Shown here piece by piece: positions 38,632-48,973 of a stretch of DNA of 64,000 bases (position 1 is the stretch's first letter; the number at the start of each line of letters is the position of its first letter). The notes beneath the pieces are model-generated. The model did not search any database, was not told where the DNA came from, and saw only the letters and a list, made by a program, of their open reading frames with translations. The position numbers and the translations under genes were made by a program. The stretch is from Candidatus Freyarchaeum deiterrae (lineage in GTDB: Archaea; Asgardarchaeota; Jordiarchaeia; Jordiarchaeales; Jordiarchaeaceae): NCBI GenBank assembly GCA_037305845.1, contig CP147778.1, positions 576,001-640,000 of the forward strand, read 5' to 3'.

Positions 38632-39951
38632 ATGAGTTCTAAGGAACGGTCTGAAAGGGAAGAGGAATTGGACTTTCTTAAGAGACTCAGGTCAGAATTT
38701 GAAGAATCTGTCCAGTTTATAGACAGAGAAGTAGAAACCCTTGAAAAAGGAATTGTTAAGTTATTAGAAGTGCCCTACAGGCAATTAATTGTTAGATTCC
38801 CGGTGCAAACAGATGATGGGTTAGTAAAAATGTATACGGGATACCGGGTTCAGCATAGTCGAGTGTACGAACCCACTAAGGGAGGCATAAGATTCGCTCC
38901 GGACGTGGATTTAGATTTGATTACTGCTCTCGCATTTGAGATGACACTGAAATGTCGTGTTGCGGATCTTCCTTTTGGCGGCGCAAAGGGAGGAGTATGT
39001 TGTAATCCGAAGGGTATGTCACGGAGAGAGCTTGAAAGGTTAACAAGAAGATACACTTACGAAATCTTTCCCACAATAGGCCCAGATTCTGATGTACCAG
39101 CACCAGATGTTGGTACAGGTGAGAGAGAAATGGGGATTATCTATGACACTTATAAAATGTTCAACCCAAAATCCCCAAATACCGAGGCCGTGGTGACTGG
39201 GAAACCAATCAATTTAGGCGGCTCAGTGGGCAGGACCGAAGCGACAGCAGAAGGCGGTTCCTATATTCTAGAAGAGGCTGTTAAACAAAAACACATCGAA
39301 GGATTAAACTCCCTGAGAGATGCTGCTGTCGTCATCCAAGGATTCGGGAATGTGGGATACTATACCGCAAAAATTCTCCAAGAGGATTATGGATGTAGAA
39401 TTGTAGGAGTATCTGATTCAAAGGGAGGAATATACAGCGAAAATGGATTGAACCCGAAAGATGTATTGAATCATAAAGGAAAGGTAAGTCGTGAAAGATC
39501 CGTAGTGGAATATAATGGACTTCAGCGTCTAACCACGGAGCAACTGTTGACAAAACCTTGTGATATTCTAGTCCCCGCTGCTAAAGAGACGCAAATTACG
39601 AATACAATTGCGAATGGCATAAAAGCCAAAGTAATCTTGGAACTAGCAAATGGACCCACCACCATTTCTGCCGATAAAATATTAATCGATAAAAACATCC
39701 TTGTACTACCCGATATACTTGCAAACGCTGGCGGAGTTACAGTGAGTTACTTCGAATGGCTTCAAAACAAAGCAGGTGAAAGCTGGGAACTGAGTCAGGT
39801 TAATGAAAGGCTGCATAAAAAAATGAAAAACGCTTACGAAAATGTATTCAAATTCGCTAAGGACTATAATCTCAGTATGAGAAAAGCTGCATTTGCCTAC
39901 GCTATCTTGGGATCTGTAAAAGTTTTACAGAATAGAGGCATCTTTCCCTAA
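38632..39951 (+). CDS. gdhA: Glu/Leu/Phe/Val dehydrogenase (glutamate dehydrogenase)
   Basis: KGGIRF, GGAKGG, VPAPD, QGFGNVG and NAGGVTVSYFEW motifs. Confidence 0.95.
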   Translation: MSSKERSEREEELDFLKRLRSEFEESVQFIDREVETLEKGIVKLLEVPYRQLIVRFPVQTDDGLVKMYTGYRVQHSRVYEPTKGGIRFAPDVDLDLITALAFEMTLKCRVADLPFGGAKGGVCCNPKGMSRRELERLTRRYTYEIFPTIGPDSDVPAPDVGTGEREMGIIYDTYKMFNPKSPNTEAVVTGKPINLGGSVGRTEATAEGGSYILEEAVKQKHIEGLNSLRDAAVVIQGFGNVGYYTAKILQEDYGCRIVGVSDSKGGIYSENGLNPKDVLNHKGKVSRERSVVEYNGLQRLTTEQLLTKPCDILVPAAKETQITNTIANGIKAKVILELANGPTTISADKILIDKNILVLPDILANAGGVTVSYFEWLQNKAGESWELSQVNERLHKKMKNAYENVFKFAKDYNLSMRKAAFAYAILGSVKVLQNRGIFP

Positions 39952-40003
39952 ATTCCCCTTACACTTTAAGGGTTTAGTGATCCTACACATTTAGGGTTAG
40001 AAG

Positions 40004-40570
40004 TTAAAATTTTCCCCTATACAAGTTTGTTGTGGGGCAGGCTACACATTTCTCTTCTTGGTATCTAACACAATTTTTGCAGTCTACTCCGCATGGTGGT
40101 TTATCATTTTTTTGTGTAGGGGAGAGATTCACATCGAGGTAAGAGTCATAGAAGACTTCACTTATGGGGTAGAAATCTGATCTTCGGACGCCTTTCTGAC
40201 TTCTTATCGAACATTTTCCCATCGATATGCACTCTAATGTGCTTTGATCCTCAGCAATTACTATGGCGGCTAAGTTGTATCCACCTATGGATGTGAACAC
40301 TTTCGCTACTCTGGGGCATTTCTGGAATCTTTCTATGATGTTTTTCATATCTTCTAAAGTTTCGATTTCAAGAAAAACTAGTGCGGGCATTAGTTTTGTC
40401 TGCGAAACGTTAAGTAGTGCTTTTATTTTGATTGTCCCGCTTTTAGTTAGTTTGTCGAGCCTTTTTTTGATGCCCATACTGGTGTAGCCGGTCTTTTTGC
40501 TTATCTCTTGAAGGGTGGATCTTCCATCAATGCTTAACTGTTCAATTATTTTTTTATCAAGTTCGTCCAT
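40004..40570 (-). CDS. Lrp/AsnC-family regulator with a C-terminal Cys cluster
   Basis: N-terminal HTH, RAM-like domain and PCGVDCKNC...CVACP tail. Confidence 0.88.
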   Translation of the reverse strand: MDELDKKIIEQLSIDGRSTLQEISKKTGYTSMGIKKRLDKLTKSGTIKIKALLNVSQTKLMPALVFLEIETLEDMKNIIERFQKCPRVAKVFTSIGGYNLAAIVIAEDQSTLECISMGKCSIRSQKGVRRSDFYPISEVFYDSYLDVNLSPTQKNDKPPCGVDCKNCVRYQEEKCVACPTTNLYRGKF

Positions 40571-40641
40571 TTTTCATTCCCGTAGCCTGATTATTGATTG
40601 GAAGCGGGTCATTCTTGCACTATTGCTAGAGTTAATGGCTT

Positions 40642-41181
40642 TTAGAGTTTTTTAGATATATTTTCTACTTCCGCTTCTAATTCCTCAATTTTGTTTCTTA
40701 AAAATTCTATTGTTTTTTCATTGTTTACTGTTTGTAGGGGGTTGGAGCAAACTGGACATTTAAACTTGGAATCTGCGGCTTCCTCGAAAGTGAGCTCTGG
40801 ACATTCTTTTGTGCCGCAGCAGAAGAAAACGTTTCTTTCGCATTCGAGTCTCTGCTTTAGCTTATCGATTGTAAGCAGAGCCTTTCTCCTATAGGCTAGG
40901 ATACTAGATTTCATGGGTAATAGTTTCCAAAAATGTGTAAAGTAACTTGTCTTAAGGTCCCGGACTGTGTGATAGGTTGCAACACGAGAATCGTAAAGTT
41001 TGTATAAGGTCTTTCTAACTTCATTAACAGTCATACCAGTCCTTGACGCGAGTTGTTCATCGGTAGATTCGTAATCAAAGGTGAGATGTTCTATGACCCT
41101 GAGAATGTCTTCGTCAAATTGTTCTCCAATGAGTGTTTGATAGGGTATACTTTCGGTTTCTTGACGGGCTGTTGATGCCAT
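40642..41181 (-). CDS. tfe: Transcription factor E alpha-like protein
   Basis: TDEQLA...NEVRKTLYKLY wHTH and C...C...TFEEA..FKCPVC zinc ribbon. Confidence 0.85.
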   Translation of the reverse strand: MASTARQETESIPYQTLIGEQFDEDILRVIEHLTFDYESTDEQLASRTGMTVNEVRKTLYKLYDSRVATYHTVRDLKTSYFTHFWKLLPMKSSILAYRRKALLTIDKLKQRLECERNVFFCCGTKECPELTFEEAADSKFKCPVCSNPLQTVNNEKTIEFLRNKIEELEAEVENISKKL

Positions 41182-41504
41182 TCTTCCAGTCCCTCCTTTT
41201 TTTTAATACCTGAATTGAAGTGTTTTTATTTTGTTGATTTACAATTGTAAACACTTCGCTATATAATTTATAAAGTAAACTACTTTTATACTTTGCGGTT
41301 AAAATATAAACTCTTCTTGTTTGAAACCTCTTCCCCGAGCCCCTGCACCACTAATTACGCAAAAAGAACCAATTAAACAACACCTGAGAAAGAAATACGT
41401 TATAAATGAATCAGAAGTAGCGCTTGCAACTTACTATTTTTTATAAAATTGAACCTTATTCCGAAAAGAGATATTTAAAACAGTATAAAGGACTAAATTA
41501 AAAC

Positions 41505-42410
41505 ATGAAACTAACAATAAATCCCATTTCACCGTTTGACTTTGATTTAAGTGCAAAAATTTTTTCTGATGATGATAAACAAATTCGCAAATATGAGAAC
41601 GGGAAGTACTGGCAGGTTTTAAGGGTAAATAATAAACTGATTTTTACTTCCATAACTTCTTCAGGGACAGCTGATGAAGCAAAACTATTAGTGAGGTTGG
41701 AATCTAACGAAGAAATTTCTAATAACGACAAGAAAATAGCCAAAGAAATCATTTACTCCCTTTTCAATTTAGGATTTGACCTTAAACCGTTTTATGAATA
41801 TGTAAAAAAGGATAAAATCATGTCGAATTTGACCCGGAAGCTCAATGGCTTAAAGAGCCCAACAACTTCCACAGTTTACGAAGCGTTGATCGACTCAATA
41901 GTTGAACAACAAATTTCTCTAAATGTGGCACACAGCATGGAAAGAAAAATAATCAAAACCTTCGGCGACATTTTGAAGGTAGACGATGAAGTCTATTACG
42001 CATATCCAACACCACAAAAATTGGCTTCCTTAACCATAGAACAACTTCGCGAGTGTGGTTTGAGTTCAAGAAAAGCGGAGTACATCCGAGACATATCAAA
42101 ATTGGTGGCGGATGGGAAATTAGATTTGGAGAAATTCAAAGGCTACGAGGATATAAATGATATTATTAATGAACTACGTGAAATACGGGGAATCGGGGTT
42201 TGGACAGCGGAAATGACTATGGTCAGAGGAATGCAGAAACTGGAGGCTATACCTGCTGACGATATAGGTTTAAGGAGAACCATTTCGCACTACTACTGTA
42301 AAGATAGGAAAATCTCTAACGATGAGACGCGTAGAATTGCGGAGAAATGGGGAAAGTGGAAAGGTTTGGCTAGTTTTTATTTAATAATAGCTGTAAGATT
42401 GGGGTTATAG
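41505..42410 (+). CDS. alkA: DNA-3-methyladenine glycosylase II (HhH-GPD)
   Basis: IVEQQIS, IRGIGVWTA HhH motif and PADD catalytic Asp. Confidence 0.92.
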   Translation: MKLTINPISPFDFDLSAKIFSDDDKQIRKYENGKYWQVLRVNNKLIFTSITSSGTADEAKLLVRLESNEEISNNDKKIAKEIIYSLFNLGFDLKPFYEYVKKDKIMSNLTRKLNGLKSPTTSTVYEALIDSIVEQQISLNVAHSMERKIIKTFGDILKVDDEVYYAYPTPQKLASLTIEQLRECGLSSRKAEYIRDISKLVADGKLDLEKFKGYEDINDIINELREIRGIGVWTAEMTMVRGMQKLEAIPADDIGLRRTISHYYCKDRKISNDETRRIAEKWGKWKGLASFYLIIAVRLGL

Positions 42411-42661
42411 GAATATAGAATTTCAGCAGCTCATTCACGCCCTCGCAGCTAATTAAAGTTTGTTTGTATATTTCTCGGTTTACGAAGTGGCACAGTTAAC
42501 TCCGTTTCCTGCCGTGAGTTATGACTAACCACAACACCCCAAAAATAAAAGAAAGCAACACGAGAGCAGAAGAATAGAACAAAACGAAACGAAAAAAAAC
42601 AAAACGAAAAAACAGGGAAAAGAACCTAAAAGTTGGACGATAAACACCTGAGAAATAAAAC

Positions 42662-42718
42662 AAAAAAAAGAGCGTAGAGCAAGGCTCCCGAATAATCGGT
42701 CAAAAGTCCTCTAGCCCC
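42662..42718 (-). terminator. Conserved 3' stem-loop plus T tract after beta-helix gene 2
   Basis: Reverse complement matches 27781-27839. Confidence 0.6.
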
Positions 42719-42724
42719 TATTTT

Positions 42725-45628
42725 TTAAGCTTTCATTCTTCGGAAGTAGTAGACCAAACCAGCAACAAGCACCACACCCACCACAACGGCAACGCCCACA
42801 GCAGCGTAGACCATGGGACTAACGCCGCCCTGCATACCAGACAGTATCAATGCGTAAAACGCTGGAAGCATTAGAGTCACATTCACCTGGAACGGTTCCA
42901 CGTGTGATGTGGACATGTTAACCGTCCTAGGGTTGCTTCCTGAGACGGAGATCCCCTGGTAGTACACGGTAACAACGGTGGTGTTCGTAATCATGGTATC
43001 GTTTGTTATGAATGTCCTGTAGGTGACCGCAATCCAGGGGGTGACACCATTAGAATCGGTTGTGGGGTCTGTACCACCACTAAAGTGTGACGAGCGATAC
43101 ACACTTGTTCCATCGGTCACAACATTAACGTCCGCACCCGAAATAGGGAAGCCCAGAAGATCGATGACATTCACACGCAGATAGTAAGTCACTGCGCAAC
43201 CCGTAAAATCATTGATGCCAGTACAAGTAGACCAGTCATATCCCCCATTTGTATTGTTTAAAGCAGTGTTACCTGTGATGTTATTACCCGTAGAACTCCC
43301 ACTCAAATAGAAACCCCAATAGTTGTTGTTTGCATAGTTATTTGTAAGATTGTTGTTCGAGCTGGAGTCTAGGATGAAGCCGTAACCTGTATTGTTGGTT
43401 GCGTTGTTACCCGAAAGAATATTGTACGAGCTGGGATCTATGAGGAAGCCGCCGTAGCCGTTGTTGTTTGCAGTGTTACCTGTAAGATTGTTGTTCGAGC
43501 TGGAGGATAGGTGGAAGCCGTATTGGTTGTTGTTGTTTGCGGTGTTACCCGAAATAATGTTGTTGTTCGAGCTGATGTTAAGGTAGAAGCCGCTGTTGGT
43601 GTTTTTGTTTGCGGTGTTGCCCGAAAGAGTATTATTGTTAGCGCTGGCGATTAGGCCGAAGCCGTATTGGTTGTTGTTGTTTGCTGTGTTACCCGTAAGA
43701 GTATTGTAAGAGCTGCTCCATATGTAGAAGCCGCCGTTGGTATTGTTTGTGGCATTGTTACCCGAAAGAATATTGTTGTTCGAGCTGGAGTACACCCAGA
43801 AGCCGATGGTGTTGTTTGTAGCTGTGTTACCCGAAAGATTATTGTTTTCCGCGCTATTGTACAGCAAGAAGCCTCTTTGTTGGTTGTTGTTTGCTGTGTT
43901 ACCCGAAAGAGTATTGTTCGAGCTGGAGAGTAGATAGAAGCCGTCGAAGGTGTTGTTGTTTGCAGTATTACCCAAAAGAATATTATTGCTATAGCTTTGA
44001 TACAGGTAGAAGCCGTCGCCGGTGTTGTTGTTAGCGTTGTTACCCGAAAGATTATTGTAAGAGCTTTCGTCTAGGTAGAAGCCGTAGTTGTTGTTTGTGG
44101 CGTTGTTACCCGAAAGAGTATTGTAAGAGCTGTAGTACAGGTGGAAGCCGTAGGCGGTGTTGTTGGTTGCGTTGTTACCCGAAAGAGTATAGTTCGAGCA
44201 AAAGTATAGGAAGAAGCCGTCGGGGTTGTTGTATGCAGTGTTACTAGAAAGAGTATTGTAAGAGCTGGAGTTTAGGTAGAACCCCAAAACGTGGTTGTTG
44301 TTTGCTGTGTTACCCGTAAGAGTATTGTTGGTCGAGCTGGAGTCTAGCCAGAAGCCGTATTGAGTGTTGTAGTTTGCCGTGTTACCCGTAAGAGTATTGT
44401 TAGAGCTGGATAGGTAGAAGCCATATTGGGTGTTGTTTGCTGTGTTACCCGAAAGAGTATTGTTAGAGCTGGATAGGTAGAAGCCGTAGTGGGTGGTGTT
44501 GGTTACTTTGTTACCCGAAAGAGTATTGTTGTACGAGCTGCTCCATAGGTAGAAGCCGTCTTGGATGTTGTTGTTTGCTGTGTTATTTGTAAGATTGTTG
44601 TACGAGCTGGCGTATATGTCGAAGCCGTCTTGGGTGTTGTTGTTTGCGTTGTTAACAGAAAGAGTATTGTTTGCGCTATTGTCTAGGTAGAAGCCGCTGT
44701 TTGTGTTGTTTGTGGCGTTGTTACCCGAAAGAGTATTGTTGTTCGAGCTGACGTTAATGTAAAATCCGTCGGTGTTTTTGGTTGCCGTGTTACTCGAAAG
44801 AGTATTGTTGTTAGCCGTCGCGATTAGGTTGAAGCCGTCTCTACTGTTGTTGGTTGCATTGTTACCCGAAAGAGTATTGTTACGGCTGGCGGCTACGAAG
44901 AAGCCGTCTCTACTGTTGTTGGTTGCATTGTTACCCGAAAGAGTATTGTAGTAGCTGCTGTGTAGGTAGAAGCCGTCGATGCTGTTGTTGGTTGCGGTGT
45001 TATTTGTAAGATTGTTGTTTGAGCAGGAGAGTAGGCCGAATCCTAATTGGGTGTTGTTGTTTGCAGTGTTACCCGAAAGAATGTTGTTAGAGTTATTGAA
45101 CAGGTAGAAGCCGTACCAGTAGTTGTTGTTTGCGGTGTTACCAGAAAGAATATTGTAGTTCGAGCTATTGTCTATTAAGAAGCCGTATTGTGTGTTGTTG
45201 TTTGCCGTGTTACCTGAGAGCGTGTTGTTTGAGCTGGAGTTTAGGAAGAAGCCGATTTCCCACCCTGTGACTTTGACGTTCTTTATGGTCACGTTGCTTC
45301 TGCCAGTCAAGTTGAAGCCCAACCCGGATCCAGAGCCCAGCAGGTAGTATCCGTGTCCGTTTATCACTATGTTGTCAGCCGTAACATTTATCGGTTGAGA
45401 TTGGTTTCCTGAAAAATCCCAGTTAACCCCGATGTCCTGCTTGGGTTGAATGATGGTGTTAGGACTCTGGTGGATGCCCTGCATATAAACGCTGATTAGA
45501 GGATACGAGTTTCGGTTCTGGTTTTGGGTTTGGTTTATGGTAAATGTGAGGATGGTTGCTGTGAGTAGAACTGCTGCTAAAACTACTGCTATCCTTAGGG
45601 TTTTTTTGTTTCCCCTGATGTTTCTCAT
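42725..45628 (-). CDS. Membrane-anchored beta-helix surface glycoprotein, 967 aa, inverted paralog of 23907..27776
   Basis: Same leader and C-terminal TM/YYFRR tail; roughly 30 coils. Confidence 0.9.
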   Translation of the reverse strand: MRNIRGNKKTLRIAVVLAAVLLTATILTFTINQTQNQNRNSYPLISVYMQGIHQSPNTIIQPKQDIGVNWDFSGNQSQPINVTADNIVINGHGYYLLGSGSGLGFNLTGRSNVTIKNVKVTGWEIGFFLNSSSNNTLSGNTANNNTQYGFLIDNSSNYNILSGNTANNNYWYGFYLFNNSNNILSGNTANNNTQLGFGLLSCSNNNLTNNTATNNSIDGFYLHSSYYNTLSGNNATNNSRDGFFVAASRNNTLSGNNATNNSRDGFNLIATANNNTLSSNTATKNTDGFYINVSSNNNTLSGNNATNNTNSGFYLDNSANNTLSVNNANNNTQDGFDIYASSYNNLTNNTANNNIQDGFYLWSSSYNNTLSGNKVTNTTHYGFYLSSSNNTLSGNTANNTQYGFYLSSSNNTLTGNTANYNTQYGFWLDSSSTNNTLTGNTANNNHVLGFYLNSSSYNTLSSNTAYNNPDGFFLYFCSNYTLSGNNATNNTAYGFHLYYSSYNTLSGNNATNNNYGFYLDESSYNNLSGNNANNNTGDGFYLYQSYSNNILLGNTANNNTFDGFYLLSSSNNTLSGNTANNNQQRGFLLYNSAENNNLSGNTATNNTIGFWVYSSSNNNILSGNNATNNTNGGFYIWSSSYNTLTGNTANNNNQYGFGLIASANNNTLSGNTANKNTNSGFYLNISSNNNIISGNTANNNNQYGFHLSSSSNNNLTGNTANNNGYGGFLIDPSSYNILSGNNATNNTGYGFILDSSSNNNLTNNYANNNYWGFYLSGSSTGNNITGNTALNNTNGGYDWSTCTGINDFTGCAVTYYLRVNVIDLLGFPISGADVNVVTDGTSVYRSSHFSGGTDPTTDSNGVTPWIAVTYRTFITNDTMITNTTVVTVYYQGISVSGSNPRTVNMSTSHVEPFQVNVTLMLPAFYALILSGMQGGVSPMVYAAVGVAVVVGVVLVAGLVYYFRRMKA

Positions 45629-46450
45629 AATTTTCCCTTTTATTTTATTTTTTTATGGTTGTTTGTTTGTGTTTCGTTTAGTAGAAACAATTAAGTTTTT
45701 CCAGAGGGCAGGCTCCGTGTTTAGTTAGTTTGGGAGGGCTTGTTTCTCTTTTCTGCTATTTCTTGTGGTCAAGATGAGTGGAGAAGGATAGTTGGCTATT
45801 TGTTAGATTTTCCTGCCGCTCTGCCTTCTTCCTCTATGGGTTAGAAGCTAAATGTTTATGTTTGAGTAACTTTGAATATAACATATTTATATTTTGTGTT
45901 TTCCTTCTTTTTCGTGCCTAATTCAATTAGGCAATAAATGGGATTCCTCCAAAAAAAGAGCACAAGTAAGCATGTTTAATAAAGGCAAAAAAAACAAAAA
46001 CTACTGAAAAGGGGGGGGTGCGGCGCAAGCATCCACACACGTATTCTTGGTGTCCTTACCTACCTATTATTCCGAAAAATGGGTGCCTGTTCCTTATCTT
46101 ATTCTTTTGAGCGTTCTTGAATCTATTTTGTAAAATTATAGGATGATGTAGAATTAGCTGATCTCACTTCTCTTTTTTGAGGCTTGGCTTTAAGTCGAGA
46201 ATGTTCATAAGCTTTATTGAATGCTTTTTCGAGGCGGGAGCGAACCATTCTGTTCCGCGTCACCGTTGTGGTTTTCAGTAACTTTTTTCAGCCCTTTTGG
46301 TATTCAAACGAACAATTATATTTCCCTTTTCTTTTCTAAACACTTCTGTAAATTAATTTAGAGGCGTCTTCTATACGTCTGAACTTAGCTCATATCAGGA
46401 AACGCGGGGATAACTGTGTCTACGAAGTAACCGAAAGGTTTATTAAATTT

Positions 46451-46506
46451 ACTGTAATATTACAGTCGTTGACTATAATATATTGCTTCGAACTGTAATA
46501 TTAAGG
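46451..46506 (+). promoter_or_regulatory. Putative operator array upstream of the wHTH regulator
   Basis: Perfect palindrome ACTGTAATATTACAGT at 46451-46466; related sites at 46472 (ACTATAATAT) and 46492 (ACTGTAATATTA). Confidence 0.65.
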
Positions 46507-46838
46507 TGTTCAAAATGTGTGGCGAAAACTATCCAAACAATAGACTGAATAAGCTGCAAAATTTGATGGGAGTGCTCCATTGCCCAACCCGTTGGTTAAT
46601 CATTGATTTTATAGGTGAAGGAACCAAAAGCACCAAGGAAATCTATGAGCATCTTATAGAAAATAATGAGAAACTAACCCCTTCGGGATTATACTATCAC
46701 TTATCCGAATTAAAGAATGGCGAAATCATCGAGGTTGCAGAGTATAAAGAAGATGGCGGAGGAGCACCAAAGAAGGTTTGGAAATTAAAGCAGAAAAAAA
46801 TAGTAATCGATTTGCTAAAGCCTGAAGGAGATGAGTAA
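46506..46838 (+). CDS. ArsR-like winged-HTH transcriptional regulator
   Basis: HCPTRWLII...SGLYYHLSELK.GEII; first gene of the operon. Confidence 0.85.
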   Translation: MFKMCGENYPNNRLNKLQNLMGVLHCPTRWLIIDFIGEGTKSTKEIYEHLIENNEKLTPSGLYYHLSELKNGEIIEVAEYKEDGGGAPKKVWKLKQKKIVIDLLKPEGDE

Positions 46839-47049
46839 AATGTGTGGACCGGAAACAGGTAGACATCACGGAACGAAGGGCATGTGTGGATGCCAGAGTT
46901 ATTATCTGAAACCAGGATTTAAAGGAAGTATTATAATGGAAGACTTGACAAATGAGGAAAGGATAGAAATTCTAAAGGATTACAAAAAAATTCTGGAAAA
47001 AGAGCTTGAAAGCGTGAATAAGGAAATAAAAAGTCTCAAAGAAGAATAG
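46831..47049 (+). CDS. Small Cys/His-containing coiled-coil protein (DUF5320-like)
   Basis: MCG..HH..MCGC N-terminus and EERIEILKDYKKILEKELESV coiled coil; overlaps the regulator stop. Confidence 0.65.
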   Translation: MSKMCGPETGRHHGTKGMCGCQSYYLKPGFKGSIIMEDLTNEERIEILKDYKKILEKELESVNKEIKSLKEE

Positions 47050-47068
47050 AGAAGGAGCAGTAAGCAGA

Positions 47069-48004
47069 TTGACCAGCGTCATAGAAGTAAGCAATCTCAC
47101 CAAGTACTACGGCGAGCAAACAGCGGTCGACCACATAAGCTTCAAGGTGAAGGCGGGTGAAGTCTTCGGCTTTCTTGGTCCAAATGGTGCAGGTAAGACC
47201 ACAACCATCAGGATGCTCACCGGAATAATTGAGCCGGATGAAGGAACAGCACAAATAATGGGATACGATATTCGCCGCCAAACAGTAAAAGCCAAGGAGC
47301 TAATGGGAATTTTGCCAGAAACATCAAATGCATACGTAGACCTCTCCGCTTGGAACAACCTTATGCTCATGGGAGAAATATACGGAGTTCCAAAAAAAGA
47401 GAGAGAAGAAAAGGCTAAGGAATTACTTCAGAGGCTCGGTCTTTACGAGAGAAAGGATGATCACGTAAAAGGCTTTTCCCAAGGGATGAAGAAAAGACTA
47501 ATGATATGTATGGCTCTGATACACAGCCCCCCGCTCCTATTTCTGGACGAACCCACAAGTGCACTCGATGTTCAGAGCACTAGACTCATCCGAGATATGC
47601 TCAGAGAACTAAATGAAAACGACACAAGCATATTTTTAACTACCCACAACATGGAAGAGGCGAATCTGCTATGCGACAGAGTCGCCATAATTAACCATGG
47701 GAAAATAGCAGCAATAGATAGCCCTGAAAAGCTGAAAAGCAGAATTGGTGGATTGAACTCGGTGGAGGTTAGCTTTACTTCTTCCCCAAAATTAGAAAGA
47801 TTAGCAGAAATAACCAACGTAAGAGAAGTTAAAAAGTTTGGAGATAAGTTCAGATTGTACACAAGCAATCCCAGTGAAGTAATAGCTCAAATAATGGAAT
47901 ACACCCAGAAAAACGATTCACAAATTGTGACTCTTCAAACTCTTGCTCCAACCCTAGAGGATATATTCGTCAAGCTCACAGAAGAGAAAGGAAGGAGTAA
48001 ATAA
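47069..48004 (+). CDS. ABC-2 exporter ATP-binding subunit, copy 1
   Basis: GPNGAGKT, FSQGM, LDEPT and TTH motifs. Confidence 0.95.
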   Translation: MTSVIEVSNLTKYYGEQTAVDHISFKVKAGEVFGFLGPNGAGKTTTIRMLTGIIEPDEGTAQIMGYDIRRQTVKAKELMGILPETSNAYVDLSAWNNLMLMGEIYGVPKKEREEKAKELLQRLGLYERKDDHVKGFSQGMKKRLMICMALIHSPPLLFLDEPTSALDVQSTRLIRDMLRELNENDTSIFLTTHNMEEANLLCDRVAIINHGKIAAIDSPEKLKSRIGGLNSVEVSFTSSPKLERLAEITNVREVKKFGDKFRLYTSNPSEVIAQIMEYTQKNDSQIVTLQTLAPTLEDIFVKLTEEKGRSK

Positions 48005-48007
48005 ACT

Positions 48008-48763
48008 ATGACAGTTAAAGTGAGACATATTACGCAAAGTAAGCGTGCCTTTGTTATCGCAAAGAAGAATATTCGCATATACTACCTTAAAGGACCGGTA
48101 ATCACTTTCGGGATATTGATGCCGGTGTTCCTTGCCTTAGCTTTCTCTATTGGAAGAAATGTTTCCTTAAGCTCACTAATGCCCGGCTTATTTGCAATGA
48201 CTCTGTTCTTTACGGCAACAGCTGTAGGCCCACTAATCATGCCATGGGAAACTACCATGAGAACCCTTGAGAGATTGGTATCCACTCCAGCGAGCCTCCC
48301 CGCAATCATATTAGGGGACGTAATTGCCTCAGTTATCTTTGGGATCATCATATCTGTCGTGCCTCTTGTAGTTGGAGTATTTACGGGCGTAACCATAGCA
48401 AATTTCCTAATACTAATAGTAGGTATGGTAATTGCAGCATTCTGCTTTTCTTGCCTCGGAGAATTGTTCTCTGTACCTCCTACATCTATGCCAGCCCCGG
48501 TAATGATGCTTGCATCGGTTGTAAGATTCCCCTTGGTATTCATCAGTGGAATTTTTATACCAGTAGAACAATTGCCCGGATGGGGGCAAGCAATAGCACT
48601 CTTCTCCCCCCTCACTTATTTTACAGACCTAGTAAGATACGCTACTCAGGGGTCAGGGTATTTCCCAGTATTTGTGGACATAGGAATGCTCATACTGTTT
48701 AGTGCGATCTTCCTTTTTGCAGCAATAATCATCCACAAACGAAACCTATCAAAAAGGTTTTAG
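48008..48763 (+). CDS. ABC-2 permease, copy 1
   Basis: About six TM segments; SGIFIP...SPLTY motif. Confidence 0.92.
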   Translation: MTVKVRHITQSKRAFVIAKKNIRIYYLKGPVITFGILMPVFLALAFSIGRNVSLSSLMPGLFAMTLFFTATAVGPLIMPWETTMRTLERLVSTPASLPAIILGDVIASVIFGIIISVVPLVVGVFTGVTIANFLILIVGMVIAAFCFSCLGELFSVPPTSMPAPVMMLASVVRFPLVFISGIFIPVEQLPGWGQAIALFSPLTYFTDLVRYATQGSGYFPVFVDIGMLILFSAIFLFAAIIIHKRNLSKRF

Positions 48764-48775
48764 AAACGATTTTAA

Positions 48776-48800
48776 GAGGCTTGAAGCCTCAACTTTTTTT
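48776..48800 (+). terminator. Inverted repeat plus T7
   Basis: gaggctt-g-aagcctc followed by aac and seven T. Confidence 0.5.
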
Positions 48801-48973
48801 CTCATCAGGTCTAAATATTTACCTAGCTATGCAAGTCTAGCACAAGTGAATCATTTTAAAAAAAGCCCTAGAAGAATCATATAAAATCCAAAATAGGTAT
48901 ATATTTAGCCTTTTTTGGTTTTTCAGCTTTAGAACGTACTTAAGCATGATTCGCAAGATTATTGCAATGATGG

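Noticed and set aside
42725-45628. CRISPR-like periodicity of about 66-72 bp
   Set aside because: The periodicity equals the protein coil length and lies wholly within an open frame.
45629-46440. Hidden recombinase or RNA gene in the long spacer beside beta-helix gene 2
   Set aside because: The frames I read by hand gave only short stop-ridden peptides, with no integrase, resolvase or tRNA features.
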